This document shows, piece by piece, positions 10,691-20,679 of a DNA stretch of 64,000 nucleotides (the first letter of the stretch is position 1; every line of letters begins with the position of its first letter). The notes under the pieces were generated by a model. The model saw only the letters and a list, made by a program, of their open reading frames with translations, made no database searches and had not been told where the DNA came from. Location of the stretch: assembly GCA_965279515.1 (NCBI GenBank), contig CBDIID010000003.1, positions 1,568,001 to 1,632,000 of the forward strand. Reading direction: 5' to 3'. The position numbers were made by a program, and so were the translations under genes. The stretch comes from Turneriella sp. (lineage in GTDB: Bacteria; Spirochaetota; Leptospiria; Turneriellales; Turneriellaceae).

Positions 10691-11752
10691 ATGAAAACTT
10701 ATCATGTAAAAAAATTGTTACTGCCGATTATTTTTGCCCTCACCGGTGGCCCCGTCGCAGCCAAGTTTGCAGCGAGACAACCTTTGATCACTTCAGGTAG
10801 TCCTGTGCCAACAAAACAGCCCCCCACGTTTGAAACACCAAACACCGAAAACGGCGAAGTGAAAAAAACCAAGGATGAAGGCCCTAAATTACACATGGCG
10901 AATCCTTTCTATTTACCCTACGACGGTGAGTGGCAAATTTCTATCAAGGCTTCGCATGTAAAAAACCGGGTACGCACTGACATACCGGCACAAACTTTTT
11001 TCGGCAATCCCCAGGCGGCGATGTTTTCTGATTCGGAAAGGCGCAGCTATGCTTTGTCTGTTTCAATTCTTTATGGTATCGCAAACCGATTTAGCCTGGG
11101 TATCGGTACAGATTTCTATTTTTCCGAAGAACCCACAACCACAAAGAGCGGCAGCACATCCACTTTTGCGTCGCCAACTGCCCTCAGCGGCTCTACCGGG
11201 CCTGAACTTCGGGCTGCCGCCCGCTTCGCAGGCATCCGCCCCGGACAGGTTTATCTCGATCTGCTGATCTCGGCGCGGCCCGGTATTGGTGCCAGCGATA
11301 GCAATTTTATAAGCGTCGGCCGACCGATGGCTACGGGCACCCTGGCTACGGGAATTAATTTCGGGCTTATTACACTGGGTATCGCCGGAAGCTTCTCTTA
11401 TGCCCCGGCGGCAAGCGGAACGAAGGGCGGCGTGCCCAGTGCCACAACGGCCACGGGGGCAGCTGTCGGCCAATTTGAGTGGAAATACGGCTATGTCCGG
11501 GGATCCTTCGGACTGTCTCGCAATATCGACTCAACGAATGCCTCGAATGGCTTCGGGAAATCCAGCATCCTGACATATGGCGCCGGCGGAGGAATCAAAT
11601 TTACAGACGCAACATTATTAGATTTCGATTTTGCCATAACTCCCGAAATCCGTGGGGATGGATACAATACAGGGTATGGAAATGCCATCTATCAATATAA
11701 CACAGTCGGCCCGATAACACGTTACGCCTTAACATTCTCTTTTAAGCTATGA
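10691..11752 (+). CDS. Putative outer-membrane beta-barrel protein
   Basis: Signal peptide, Gly/aromatic amphipathic strands, C-terminal YALTFSFKL. More AT-rich than its neighbours. Confidence 0.6.
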   Translation: MKTYHVKKLLLPIIFALTGGPVAAKFAARQPLITSGSPVPTKQPPTFETPNTENGEVKKTKDEGPKLHMANPFYLPYDGEWQISIKASHVKNRVRTDIPAQTFFGNPQAAMFSDSERRSYALSVSILYGIANRFSLGIGTDFYFSEEPTTTKSGSTSTFASPTALSGSTGPELRAAARFAGIRPGQVYLDLLISARPGIGASDSNFISVGRPMATGTLATGINFGLITLGIAGSFSYAPAASGTKGGVPSATTATGAAVGQFEWKYGYVRGSFGLSRNIDSTNASNGFGKSSILTYGAGGGIKFTDATLLDFDFAITPEIRGDGYNTGYGNAIYQYNTVGPITRYALTFSFKL

Positions 11753-13084
11753 TCTTATTTTTATCCCGAACATCACCTCCACCCGCACCCCACCCTCGCG
11801 CCTGTTGACAATATGAATATTACCGTTATGCAATTTCATCACCTGCTCGACGAAGGCGAGGCCCAACCCCGTGCCCTTGCGGCCGGTGTCGGGGCGCTCG
11901 AGGGAATAAAATTTCGTGAAAATTTTAGCCAACGCATATTCGGGAACTCCCACGCCATTGTCATCGATGGTCACACGGATACCCCCTTCTACCCGCCCGG
12001 CGGTGATGCTGATCTTTCCGCCCTGCGGTGAAAAATCCACCGCATTCTGCAACAGGTTCGAAAACGCCTGATAGAGAAAGAAATAATTACCCTGTACGGG
12101 AAGCGCCGTTGCGGTCACTGCGACCACAATTTGTTTTGCGGCGAAAACTTCGGCAAAGTCTTCGCTGAGTGTTTCGAGAAGCTCATTCAGCTGAATCCAC
12201 TCGAGGTTCGACAGCGTGCGCGTGTTTTCGAGCGTCGCAATAGTGAGCAAGCTTTCGGTGATGCGTTGAATGCGCCCGGCTTCGCGCGTGATGTTGGCAA
12301 GAAAGCGTTTTCGGTCGTCGGGGGGCAGCTCGCGTTCCAGAATTTCAGCGGCGCCGAGAATGCCGGCGACCGGCGTTTTGAATTCATGCGTCAGCATCTG
12401 CACAAAGTTCTCGATATATTTGCGCGCGTCGAGCTCGGCCTGCATGCGCGGTATCGGGCGGGTAATCCAGAAATTCAGCGCAAAACCAATGAGGATAAAC
12501 CCCGCGAAGACAATCACAATCGTTGCGAGTATCTTTTCCTTCGTCGCGTCGATGGCCTGCTCGAGCGTCACCGCCGGCTTTCCCGTGGTGAGCACGCCAA
12601 TGATCTTGCCGCCCGCGCGTATCGGCGCCGCGATGTATTTCACACTGACTCCCGGAAAACGCGTATCGTCGCGGCTCGAACGCGCACCGTAACGGCCGCG
12701 CAGCGTCAGGTAGACATCGTTCCACCGCGAATAATCCCTCCCTGTCGCAAGGTAGGCGGAATCAAAGAGCACGATACCTTTTGCATCCGTGATATAGACG
12801 CGCAGTTGCAGGTGTTCCTTCTTTATACCATAGATCTCGACGTTCATCGCGCGGTTTAGGGCCGAATTGATCGCACGCCCTGTCTTCACCACATCGATGC
12901 GCGTGCCGCCCTCGAGGTTCTGCTCGACACCGGCCGCGAGCAGGTGTGCCGTCTCAGCCAGCGAGTCTTCGAGCACCTGGAAATAGCGCGCCTTGACATC
13001 GCCCATGAGTGTGCGCGCGAGGAAATAAAACGCCACCGCCGCGGTTACAAAGAGCGCGATGAGCAGGCGAAGGCGTATACTCAC
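11747..13084 (-). CDS. creC: Two-component sensor histidine kinase CreC
   Basis: CreC signature LRVYITDAKGIVLFDS..GRDYSRWNDVYLTLRGRYGARSS; H-box THEFKTP; KFYSLERP..GTGLGL. GTG start overlaps the creB stop. Confidence 0.93.
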   Translation of the reverse strand: MSIRLRLLIALFVTAAVAFYFLARTLMGDVKARYFQVLEDSLAETAHLLAAGVEQNLEGGTRIDVVKTGRAINSALNRAMNVEIYGIKKEHLQLRVYITDAKGIVLFDSAYLATGRDYSRWNDVYLTLRGRYGARSSRDDTRFPGVSVKYIAAPIRAGGKIIGVLTTGKPAVTLEQAIDATKEKILATIVIVFAGFILIGFALNFWITRPIPRMQAELDARKYIENFVQMLTHEFKTPVAGILGAAEILERELPPDDRKRFLANITREAGRIQRITESLLTIATLENTRTLSNLEWIQLNELLETLSEDFAEVFAAKQIVVAVTATALPVQGNYFFLYQAFSNLLQNAVDFSPQGGKISITAGRVEGGIRVTIDDNGVGVPEYALAKIFTKFYSLERPDTGRKGTGLGLAFVEQVMKLHNGNIHIVNRREGGVRVEVMFGIKIRS

Positions 13085-13779
13085 CAGTTTTCCCTGAGCG
13101 CATAACCGAAACCGCGCTGCGTCTCAATCGCCTCGATGTCAGGCTTGATTTTGCGCAGCTTCGCGCGGATGCTTTTAATATGTGCATCGATGGTGCGGTC
13201 AAAGGGTGCACTCATCTGCCCCATCGTGTGGTCGATCAGCTGGTCGCGGCTAAAGACCCAGCCAGGGCGGCCGATGAGCGTACAGAGAATAAAATATTCA
13301 TATCGCGAGAGTTCAAGCTTTTCGCCAAAGAAAGAAATCCGGTTACGTTTTTCGTCGATCTCGAACGGCGTTTTGGCCTTACCTTTCGGCGCGTCTGGTA
13401 TAACTGCCTTCGTCTCGCTGCGCTTCAAAATCACGCGGATGCGCGCAATCAGTTCGCGCAGGCTAAAGGGCTTCATGAGATAGTCGTCGCCGCCGATCTC
13501 GAGGCCCACAACCCGGTCGATCTCGTCTTGCCGCGCCGAGAGAAAAAGAATCGGCTTATCACTGAGCTTGCGTATCTCGCGGCACACGTCAAAACCCGAC
13601 ATATCGGGCAGATTGATGTCGAGAATGATGAAATCCGCACCTTCGTCTTTGAGCACACCCACGGCGTCGCCGCCCTTCGAAACCCATTTTACGGCAAAAT
13701 GTTCGGCCTTGAGTGCATAGACAATGTTTTCGGCGATCGGCCGTTCGTCTTCGACGAGTAAAATTCTGCGCTGCTGCAT
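13081..13779 (-). CDS. creB: OmpR-family response regulator CreB
   Basis: Likely start MQQRRILLVEDE at 13779. Receiver plus winged helix, LSRYEY..PGWVFSRDQL..DRTIDAHIKSIRAKL; coupled to creC. Confidence 0.9.
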   Translation of the reverse strand: MQQRRILLVEDERPIAENIVYALKAEHFAVKWVSKGGDAVGVLKDEGADFIILDINLPDMSGFDVCREIRKLSDKPILFLSARQDEIDRVVGLEIGGDDYLMKPFSLRELIARIRVILKRSETKAVIPDAPKGKAKTPFEIDEKRNRISFFGEKLELSRYEYFILCTLIGRPGWVFSRDQLIDHTMGQMSAPFDRTIDAHIKSIRAKLRKIKPDIEAIETQRGFGYALRENW

Positions 13780-13852
13780 CGATGTATCTCTCAGGCAAAG
13801 AAATAACGCCAACCGGAAGGTGAAGTCGTTTTTCGCCGCGCCCGCCGCAAAA

Positions 13853-13879
13853 TTCACATAAAATTCACAAGACCTTCAT
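13853..13879 (+). promoter_or_regulatory. Cre-tag (CreB binding site), three repeats
   Basis: TTCAC-ataaaa-TTCAC-aagacc-TTCAT, about 34 nt upstream of creD. Confidence 0.85.
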
Positions 13880-13912
13880 CGGGAACATCCTGCCCCTTGG
13901 TATATCTATGCA

Positions 13913-15109
13913 ATGCGAAAAAACAAACTACGAAATCAGATTCTTTGGGTCTCCCTGCTGACCCTCGTGCTGACCATGCTGGCATCTTTGGTGCTGCCGC
14001 TGGTGAGCGAACGCGCCGGGCGGCGCGAAACCGTGCTGCGCGAGATGGCGCGCATCTGGGGAGCGCCACAGGTGATTGCAGGCCCGGTCGGCATCGCCGG
14101 GGAAACAACCATTGAACTCAAACACCTTATTGTCGAAGGCGAGCTCAAAGTCAGCCTGCGGCGCAAAGGCATCTACAAATTCCCCATCTATGCCGCGAAA
14201 CTGGAATTCAGCGGGGATCTCAAAAACGCGGGGGCGCAAAAAATCCTCATGAAATCGCGCGCACGCCTGAGAATCGAAGCGGCAAGTTTAGGCGGCTCAT
14301 CCTTAGCGTTCAGTGAAAGCATGGAGAACGGCATCTTTCTTTATAAGGCTGCTGTATATGGCGACAGCGATCATCCGCACCTGATCATGAAAATCTCGGC
14401 CGAGGGTTTGCAGAGCTTTAGCATGCTGCCCGTCGCCGCCGAAACGGAATTGCGCCTGCGCTCTGACTGGAACGACCCGGGCTTCTTCGGCGATTTTTTG
14501 CCGCTCGAATATGAAATCGGCAAGGCGGGTTTTTCCGCCGTCTGGAAAGTGCCCGGCATCAGCGCGCGCAAGTGGGGTGAAATCTTCGGTGCCACCGACC
14601 GCGGCGAGCGCGGCTTCGAGGCATCGCCCTCAGGCGCGTTCGGCGTCGCGTTCTACCAACCGACCGACATCTATCTCGTCACCGAACGCTCGGTGAAATA
14701 TGCGATCCTTTTTATCGCGCTCACGCTCTTGACGCTCTTCCTGTTCGAGATGATCAGCAGCGCCGAGATTCACCCGATGCAGTATTTTCTCGCGGGTCTG
14801 GGGCTTGTGATCTTTTATCTGCTGCTGCTTGCGCTGTCAGAATTTGTGGGATTTACCCCAGCCTACCTCATTGCGGCCGCGGCGAATACGGCTCTGCTCT
14901 CGCGTTACTGCGGCGGCTTTCTGCTCAGCCGGGCGCATGCCGTGCAGTTCACGCTGATCATTACTGGCCTCTACACCCTGCTCTACGTGATACTGCAACT
15001 CGACGAGGCTGCGCTTTTGTCGGGGGCGGTAACACTCTTTGCTGCGCTGGCGCTGACGATGTACCTGACGCGCCGCGTCGACTGGTACAGTATCGGCGAA
15101 GTGAAGTAA
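13913..15109 (+). CDS. creD: Inner membrane protein CreD
   Basis: W..PQVIAGP, RRKGIYKFPIY, SDW.DPGF.GDFLP, ERSVKYAILFI, IHPMQY, LLLALSE, MYLTRRVDWY. Divergent from creBC. Confidence 0.92.
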   Translation: MRKNKLRNQILWVSLLTLVLTMLASLVLPLVSERAGRRETVLREMARIWGAPQVIAGPVGIAGETTIELKHLIVEGELKVSLRRKGIYKFPIYAAKLEFSGDLKNAGAQKILMKSRARLRIEAASLGGSSLAFSESMENGIFLYKAAVYGDSDHPHLIMKISAEGLQSFSMLPVAAETELRLRSDWNDPGFFGDFLPLEYEIGKAGFSAVWKVPGISARKWGEIFGATDRGERGFEASPSGAFGVAFYQPTDIYLVTERSVKYAILFIALTLLTLFLFEMISSAEIHPMQYFLAGLGLVIFYLLLLALSEFVGFTPAYLIAAAANTALLSRYCGGFLLSRAHAVQFTLIITGLYTLLYVILQLDEAALLSGAVTLFAALALTMYLTRRVDWYSIGEVK

Positions 15110-15180
15110 TATTGACCAAACCCTTGACGGGGTGATACCTAATCACAATCGCTTGCCCACGCATTAATTCGTGGGCAAGC

Positions 15181-18141
15181 ATGCAGAATTGCTTTAGATT
15201 ATTTTTGCCTTTATTGCTGGTCATCCCCCTTTCTGCCGCACAGAAAATCAACTGGGAAGAAATCGACTGGCAGCTGCTGAAGACCGAGCATTTCGATATC
15301 TATTTCCCCAAGGGTTATAACCACCTCGCCCAGAAGACGCTGCAGTACGCTGAAGAGGCAAACATACACCTCAGCCGCAAGCTGCACCACCGCCTCAGCA
15401 TGGTGACGCCGATCTTCGTCTATCCTTCGCATGGCCACTTTCAATCGACCAACATCATTCCCTTCGCCATCGACGAGGGCACCGGCGGTTTCACGGAACG
15501 CATTAAGCGCCGCGTTGTCGTGCCGTACCTGGGCAGCGGCGACGACTTCCGCCATGTCGTCGTGCACGAACTGGTGCATGCCTTCCAGTACGACATTCTG
15601 CTCGGGCAAACCATGGGCAGCACCTTCTCGCTGGTGCAAGGCGGGCAGCCGCCGCTGTGGTTCGTCGAAGGTATGGCGGAGTATTTTTCATTAGGTTGGG
15701 ATTCCAGTGCCGATATGCAGATGCGCGATGCCGCGCTCACCGACACTTTGCCGACACTCGAGATGATGAACGAGTACCGCGTGCAGACGGGATTTATCTT
15801 TTATAAGGGCGGGCAGTCCGTCATGCAGTACATCGCCGAAACCTATGGCGAAAACAAGATCGCCGAGATGCTGCGCGACCTGCGTGACCTGCGCGGTATT
15901 GAAGACGCGGTTAAAACCAACCTCGGCCTTCCATTCGAAGAATTCGACGAGGGCTGGCGCCGCTGGATAAAGAGAAAGTACTTCCACCTCGTGAACAAGA
16001 AGTACGACGCAGAAGAAGGCCCGCTCATCAGCCGGCACAACGATGACGAATCGCTGATCAACCTGCACCCGTCGATTTCACCCGACGGTACGAAGGCCGT
16101 CTATCTCACCGCGCGCGGTTTTTACCCCGTGCTGGTCATGCGCGACATCAAGGATTTCAAAGCTGCGAAGGATTATTCGCTACAGAAGAAAAAAGATCTC
16201 GGCGATACCGAAAAAATACTGTTAAGGAGTTCGGATAACCCGACATTCTTTCAGCTGCACCTGTTGACCAACCGCATCTCGTTTTCGCCGGACTCGAAGC
16301 AGATTTTTTTCTCAGCGCGCAGCCAGGGCAAAGACAGGTTGATTCTCTTCGATATCGAAAAACGCAAGATTATGCAGCGCCTGACGCCGCCCGTGGATAT
16401 GGTGATGCATCCGCGCCTTTCGCCTGGGGGCACCCATGCGGTCTTTGTCGGCGTCACGCTGGGTGTCACCGATATCTACCGTATCAACCTGGCGACGGGG
16501 CAGACAGAAAAACTCACGCACGACGCTTTTTCAGAAAAAGACCCTGCGCTTTCGGGCGACGGCAAACTGGTCGTCTATTCATCCAACGCGAATGCGGCAG
16601 GGGATATCGAAAATGCCGAATACCACCTCTATGAAATGGACATCGAAACGAAAAAAATCCGCCAGCTGACGTTCGATGCGCAGAAACAGATTTCGGCGCA
16701 GTTTTACGACCGCAAGTCAAACGATAAAGTTCTCTATGTTTCGAACCACACCGGCATACACAACATCTATCTGCTCGACCGCAAATCGCTGTTAAAACGC
16801 AAGTTTACCGACACAGGCGGCGGCGCACTCGATGCCCAAGTTACCTACCCCACTGCCGAGCCCGGCAAAAATACCGAGCCTGCGAAACGCATCATCTATA
16901 CCCAGTTCCGCCAGCAGGGCTTTGACATTGCGCTGCGCGATGTAACGCCGGGCGATGAAAAATTTTACGACGACGACAAGACAGTGCATACGTACAAAGC
17001 GTTCTCGCTGCCGCGCTACGACTCGCTGGGTAAACCGATGAGTATGGAACCCTACCAGGCGCGCGTGGGACCCGATTTTATTTTTTTCCTTTTAGGGTAT
17101 GGTGCATACTCTGGTGGCAGCTATTTTGCCGGCATGGTCGCGCTGACGGGTTCTGACCTCACAGGCAACCATAGCTTCAGCGCCGTGGCAAACTTTCTCA
17201 CCAACGGTTTAGGCATCTACCAGTTCGATTACGGTTACCTGAAAAAACGCGTCAAGATGCACTTCGGCGCGTACCGCACGACATTTGCCATCTCGCCGGT
17301 GAATCTCATTGATTTGCAATCGCTGAACGGCCTGTTCTGGTATCCGAACTATGTCGGCTCTGTGCTAAAGATCGGCGGTTATTTTGGCATGGAATATCCC
17401 ATGACGCCCTTTGATTCCCTGCTGTTGCAGTTTAACGTAGCGCGGGCCGAAGAAACATTTCTCTTCGACCGTTCTGTGCCTGATACGCGGCTGCAGCCCG
17501 ATCGTTTCACGAACATGTATACGGTGCAGTACGGCATGCAGCACAATAATGTACTTTATTCCGTCATCGGCCCCATCAAGGGCTGGTCGGCGTCGTATGT
17601 CGGCGAACAGAGCATCAACATCTCGGGCCGCGACTATATGTTCAACCGCAACAGTGTCGACGGCCGTTTCTACTGGCATATCTGGCAGCGCTATATTTTT
17701 GCCAGCCGTTTTTATGCGGCTACGACCAATGGCCCCGATGCGAAATATTTTCCCTGGATCATCGGCGGTCCGTTTAACCTGCGCGCGTATGATTTCTGGT
17801 CATTGCGCGGCCAAAGCGCATTTTATTTCAATCTCGAATTCCGCTTTCCGATGCTCGACGCGCTGGCATTCGGCTTTCCGGCGCCCTGGGTCATCCGCGG
17901 GTTTTCCATGGTCATGTTTCTCGACGGCGGCGGTGTGTTTGATAATCCGAAAAATTGGCGGGCGTATGATCCCGGTAAGGGACAGCTGCAGGATCTTCTG
18001 CTGTCTTACGGTCTCGGTGTACGTTTTATTCTGTTTCCCGGCGTCATGATCAAGCTCGACTGGGGCACGCCGTGGAACTGGAAAGACAGTCGCCCAATCG
18101 GCGACTGGAAAGGTTTTTTCTCCATCGGCTACGAATATTAA
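15181..18141 (+). CDS. Omp85/BamA-superfamily protein with N-terminal HExxH peptidase (MA-like) domain and TolB/PD40 beta-propeller
   Basis: Signal peptide; HELVHAFQY...PLWFVEGMAEY; SISPDG/FSPDS/LSPGG/LSGDG repeats; GGPFNLRAY; EFRFP; C-terminal FFSIGYEY. Confidence 0.85.
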   Translation: MQNCFRLFLPLLLVIPLSAAQKINWEEIDWQLLKTEHFDIYFPKGYNHLAQKTLQYAEEANIHLSRKLHHRLSMVTPIFVYPSHGHFQSTNIIPFAIDEGTGGFTERIKRRVVVPYLGSGDDFRHVVVHELVHAFQYDILLGQTMGSTFSLVQGGQPPLWFVEGMAEYFSLGWDSSADMQMRDAALTDTLPTLEMMNEYRVQTGFIFYKGGQSVMQYIAETYGENKIAEMLRDLRDLRGIEDAVKTNLGLPFEEFDEGWRRWIKRKYFHLVNKKYDAEEGPLISRHNDDESLINLHPSISPDGTKAVYLTARGFYPVLVMRDIKDFKAAKDYSLQKKKDLGDTEKILLRSSDNPTFFQLHLLTNRISFSPDSKQIFFSARSQGKDRLILFDIEKRKIMQRLTPPVDMVMHPRLSPGGTHAVFVGVTLGVTDIYRINLATGQTEKLTHDAFSEKDPALSGDGKLVVYSSNANAAGDIENAEYHLYEMDIETKKIRQLTFDAQKQISAQFYDRKSNDKVLYVSNHTGIHNIYLLDRKSLLKRKFTDTGGGALDAQVTYPTAEPGKNTEPAKRIIYTQFRQQGFDIALRDVTPGDEKFYDDDKTVHTYKAFSLPRYDSLGKPMSMEPYQARVGPDFIFFLLGYGAYSGGSYFAGMVALTGSDLTGNHSFSAVANFLTNGLGIYQFDYGYLKKRVKMHFGAYRTTFAISPVNLIDLQSLNGLFWYPNYVGSVLKIGGYFGMEYPMTPFDSLLLQFNVARAEETFLFDRSVPDTRLQPDRFTNMYTVQYGMQHNNVLYSVIGPIKGWSASYVGEQSINISGRDYMFNRNSVDGRFYWHIWQRYIFASRFYAATTNGPDAKYFPWIIGGPFNLRAYDFWSLRGQSAFYFNLEFRFPMLDALAFGFPAPWVIRGFSMVMFLDGGGVFDNPKNWRAYDPGKGQLQDLLLSYGLGVRFILFPGVMIKLDWGTPWNWKDSRPIGDWKGFFSIGYEY

Positions 18142-18145
18142 AAAA

Positions 18146-18799
18146 TTACGTTCTTAAGCCCAGCTTTCTATCGAGCCAATTGGCCCAAAATAGCACCGGC
18201 ATGAGCGCCAGCGAGCTGATGGCCAGTACCGTCTGGTTATTCGGCGGTGGCGGCCCGAAAATGAAGCCGGCGTACATAATGAGAAAGAACACAACCATCA
18301 GCAGAAAGTGAATGCGCCCCGATTTTGAAAACTGCGGCGCCATCTTCGCATAGACAAACACACCGATGGCAAAGAGTGAAAGCTCGGCGATGAGCGTGCC
18401 CGCAAGCGAATTCCACAGGCCGAGACCAACTTTCTCTGCATGCGGCGCGAGCGGCATGTCAGGGCGGTGCGTGATATAGTCCAGAATCCAGTGACTGAAG
18501 ACGGCAAACGCAATCCATAGAAATGCTTTTGCAGTACGGATGCGCAGCCATACCACAGCGGCAAAAACCAGCGACCAGACTACAGCCATCATCAGGCTGT
18601 GCGACCAGTGCACAATCTCGAGATTTAAGGGAGTGACGCGGGTAATGCCGGGAACAATACTCGCCTTCTCGATGCCGACGAGCAGAAAGATCGGCCAGAG
18701 AATGTCGAGAAAGAGCGCGGCGGCGAACCAGATGCCGAGCGGCACCTTAGGCTCGGCCTTCTTAAGCGCGAAGCCGACTGCAAAATGTCCGATGAACAT
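18146..18799 (-). CDS. Membrane-bound metal-dependent hydrolase (YdjM/LexA-binding-like)
   Basis: MFIGHF, WSHSL, VFSHWILDYITHRPD; several TM helices. Confidence 0.75.
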   Translation of the reverse strand: MFIGHFAVGFALKKAEPKVPLGIWFAAALFLDILWPIFLLVGIEKASIVPGITRVTPLNLEIVHWSHSLMMAVVWSLVFAAVVWLRIRTAKAFLWIAFAVFSHWILDYITHRPDMPLAPHAEKVGLGLWNSLAGTLIAELSLFAIGVFVYAKMAPQFSKSGRIHFLLMVVFFLIMYAGFIFGPPPPNNQTVLAISSLALMPVLFWANWLDRKLGLRT

Positions 18800-18847
18800 G
18801 GCACTGGGGAAATCCCCCTGAGTATCAGGTCAAGTCGATTCGCCGCT

Positions 18848-19258
18848 TCAGCGCAGTACGTAGATGCCGAGAACCGCGATGCCGGTATACATCGCAATCG
18901 TCGCAGCGCCGGGATAATCTTTCGCGATGCGCTGCCCGGCAAAGAGCTGAAGGAGCGTCGCGCAGGCGAGCACCAGCCCCCAGAATGCGGCGACAGTTGA
19001 ACCCGAGAACAAAATCACTAGCGCGCCCGCCGCGCAAAGCAGCGATGCCAGAAGTTCCATGGCTGTGATGGCGATGAGCGAAGGTTTTACGACACCTTTA
19101 AGAATCGTTTTACTGAAATGCCCGGTCATCCAGCTGAGGTTGCCCTTAAAATCGAAGACCTTGTCGAGCCCCGACTGCGCGAACAGCACCGCCATCAGCG
19201 CGGGAATAATCACGCGCATGACTTTAAGTTGCAGATTCGGATCGATGAGTAAGTCCAT
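18848..19258 (-). CDS. DoxX-family membrane protein
   Basis: LFAQSGLDKVFD..GNLSW..HF, GQRIAKDY.GA; four TM helices. Confidence 0.8.
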   Translation of the reverse strand: MDLLIDPNLQLKVMRVIIPALMAVLFAQSGLDKVFDFKGNLSWMTGHFSKTILKGVVKPSLIAITAMELLASLLCAAGALVILFSGSTVAAFWGLVLACATLLQLFAGQRIAKDYPGAATIAMYTGIAVLGIYVLR

Positions 19259-19285
19259 AGACTCAGATTTCAGGGGCAGACAGAA

Positions 19286-20113
19286 TCACAAATTCTTTTT
19301 GATGATGCCGAGCGTGAGCGATCGGTTCTCGAAGGGCAGCAGATGCCCCGAACCGGGTACACGTTCAAGCCGCGAGCGGGGATGCCCCCCGGTGATGCGG
19401 CGGGCAACCCAGGGCGCGCAAACATTCGAGCGCGGCGGCAAGATCAATTGCACCTCGCCGCGGATACGCCCGAGCTTAAACAGGTGTGAAAACTCGGTCA
19501 GCGAAAAGATACGGCTTTCGACTGCGGGATCGCAGCAGAGCTCGGCGGCGCCGTCTTTTTCCCGGATACAGTATTCCACATAGGCTTTGACAGCTTCTCT
19601 TTCCCAGCTTTTGTTCGCGGGATGGCGGTCAAAAATCTTCAGCGCCTGTTCCTTATTTTTGAAAATCGCCCGGCGGCCGAGCGCCACACGCGCCATGGGA
19701 TTACCCAAGAGCTTCACGTACGCAATCGATAAAAAGCCCAGCATCACCGGGTCAAAGGCGATGATTTTTTCGAATTTGCCGGAATCTTCGATCGCCGCGC
19801 GCAAGAGACTGCCGCCACCCAGCGAATGCCCGATCGCCGCGCAGGAGTTCCAGCCTTTATGGGAAAGAAATGCCAGTACCTGGTCGCGGAAAAAGTTCCA
19901 TGAACTGAAAGCGAGTGTACTCTGCGACTCACCGTGGCCGGCAAAATCGAGCGCACAGACATGGTGGTCATCACTCAACGCCTGGATGATATAATCATAA
20001 CATCCCGCGGCATAACCATTCGCATGCGCAATAAAAACTTTCTGCGGGTTCGCCTCGCCTGCTTCGAGATAGCTCAGGCGTAAACCGTTGAAATCGAATG
20101 AAGCGCGCCGCAT
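19286..20113 (-). CDS. Alpha/beta hydrolase
   Basis: HANG oxyanion motif, DFAGHGES, GHSLGG nucleophile elbow, GHLLPFE. Confidence 0.9.
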   Translation of the reverse strand: MRRASFDFNGLRLSYLEAGEANPQKVFIAHANGYAAGCYDYIIQALSDDHHVCALDFAGHGESQSTLAFSSWNFFRDQVLAFLSHKGWNSCAAIGHSLGGGSLLRAAIEDSGKFEKIIAFDPVMLGFLSIAYVKLLGNPMARVALGRRAIFKNKEQALKIFDRHPANKSWEREAVKAYVEYCIREKDGAAELCCDPAVESRIFSLTEFSHLFKLGRIRGEVQLILPPRSNVCAPWVARRITGGHPRSRLERVPGSGHLLPFENRSLTLGIIKKNL

Positions 20114-20148
20114 ACGGCACTCTGGGGGGATCGATCACGGCGCAAACA

Positions 20149-20673
20149 TCACAACACTTCGTAGCGGGATTGAACGAAACCGTTGGGCCAACTCTGGGTC
20201 TCTGTGTGCCTCAGCAAAACGTCGCGATCCAGCGCGCCGAAGAGCGGCAAGCCCTCGCCGATCAGCACCGGCAGACGCGTGATCGTCAGATCGCTGACGA
20301 GTTTCTCCCGCAGAAATGCCTGAATCAGGCGGCCGCCATCGAGGTAAATTTTGCGGCAGCCCTGGGCACTGAGTTCGTGCACGAGCTGTTGCGGCGTGAG
20401 TGCTGAGACTTCGACGCGGTCATCGGCAGCCGCAAGTGGTTTGTGCGTCATCACCACCACGCGCTGCGCCGGGTAAGGCCATTTCTCAAACTCAAGGGCT
20501 TTGTCATAGCTGCCCCGCCCCATGACCAGTGCATCAACATCCTTATTAAAGTCGGCATAACCATAATCTTCGCCCTTGAGTTCATGGCGCGCATCCAGCA
20601 GCCAGTCGAGGCCGCCACCAAGGCGCGCGATAAAACCATCGAGACTCACCGCGATAAATACTGAGACCTGCAT
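20149..20673 (-). CDS. Dihydrofolate reductase / RibD C-terminal family protein
   Basis: FIAVSLDGFIAR, MGRGSY, YLDGG, PVLIGEGLPLF. Confidence 0.92.
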   Translation of the reverse strand: MQVSVFIAVSLDGFIARLGGGLDWLLDARHELKGEDYGYADFNKDVDALVMGRGSYDKALEFEKWPYPAQRVVVMTHKPLAAADDRVEVSALTPQQLVHELSAQGCRKIYLDGGRLIQAFLREKLVSDLTITRLPVLIGEGLPLFGALDRDVLLRHTETQSWPNGFVQSRYEVL

Positions 20674-20679
20674 TCTACT

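Noticed and set aside
15131..15149. CRP-like site GGTGA-N7-TCACA
   Set aside because: The spacer is 7 rather than 6 nt and one half-site is imperfect.
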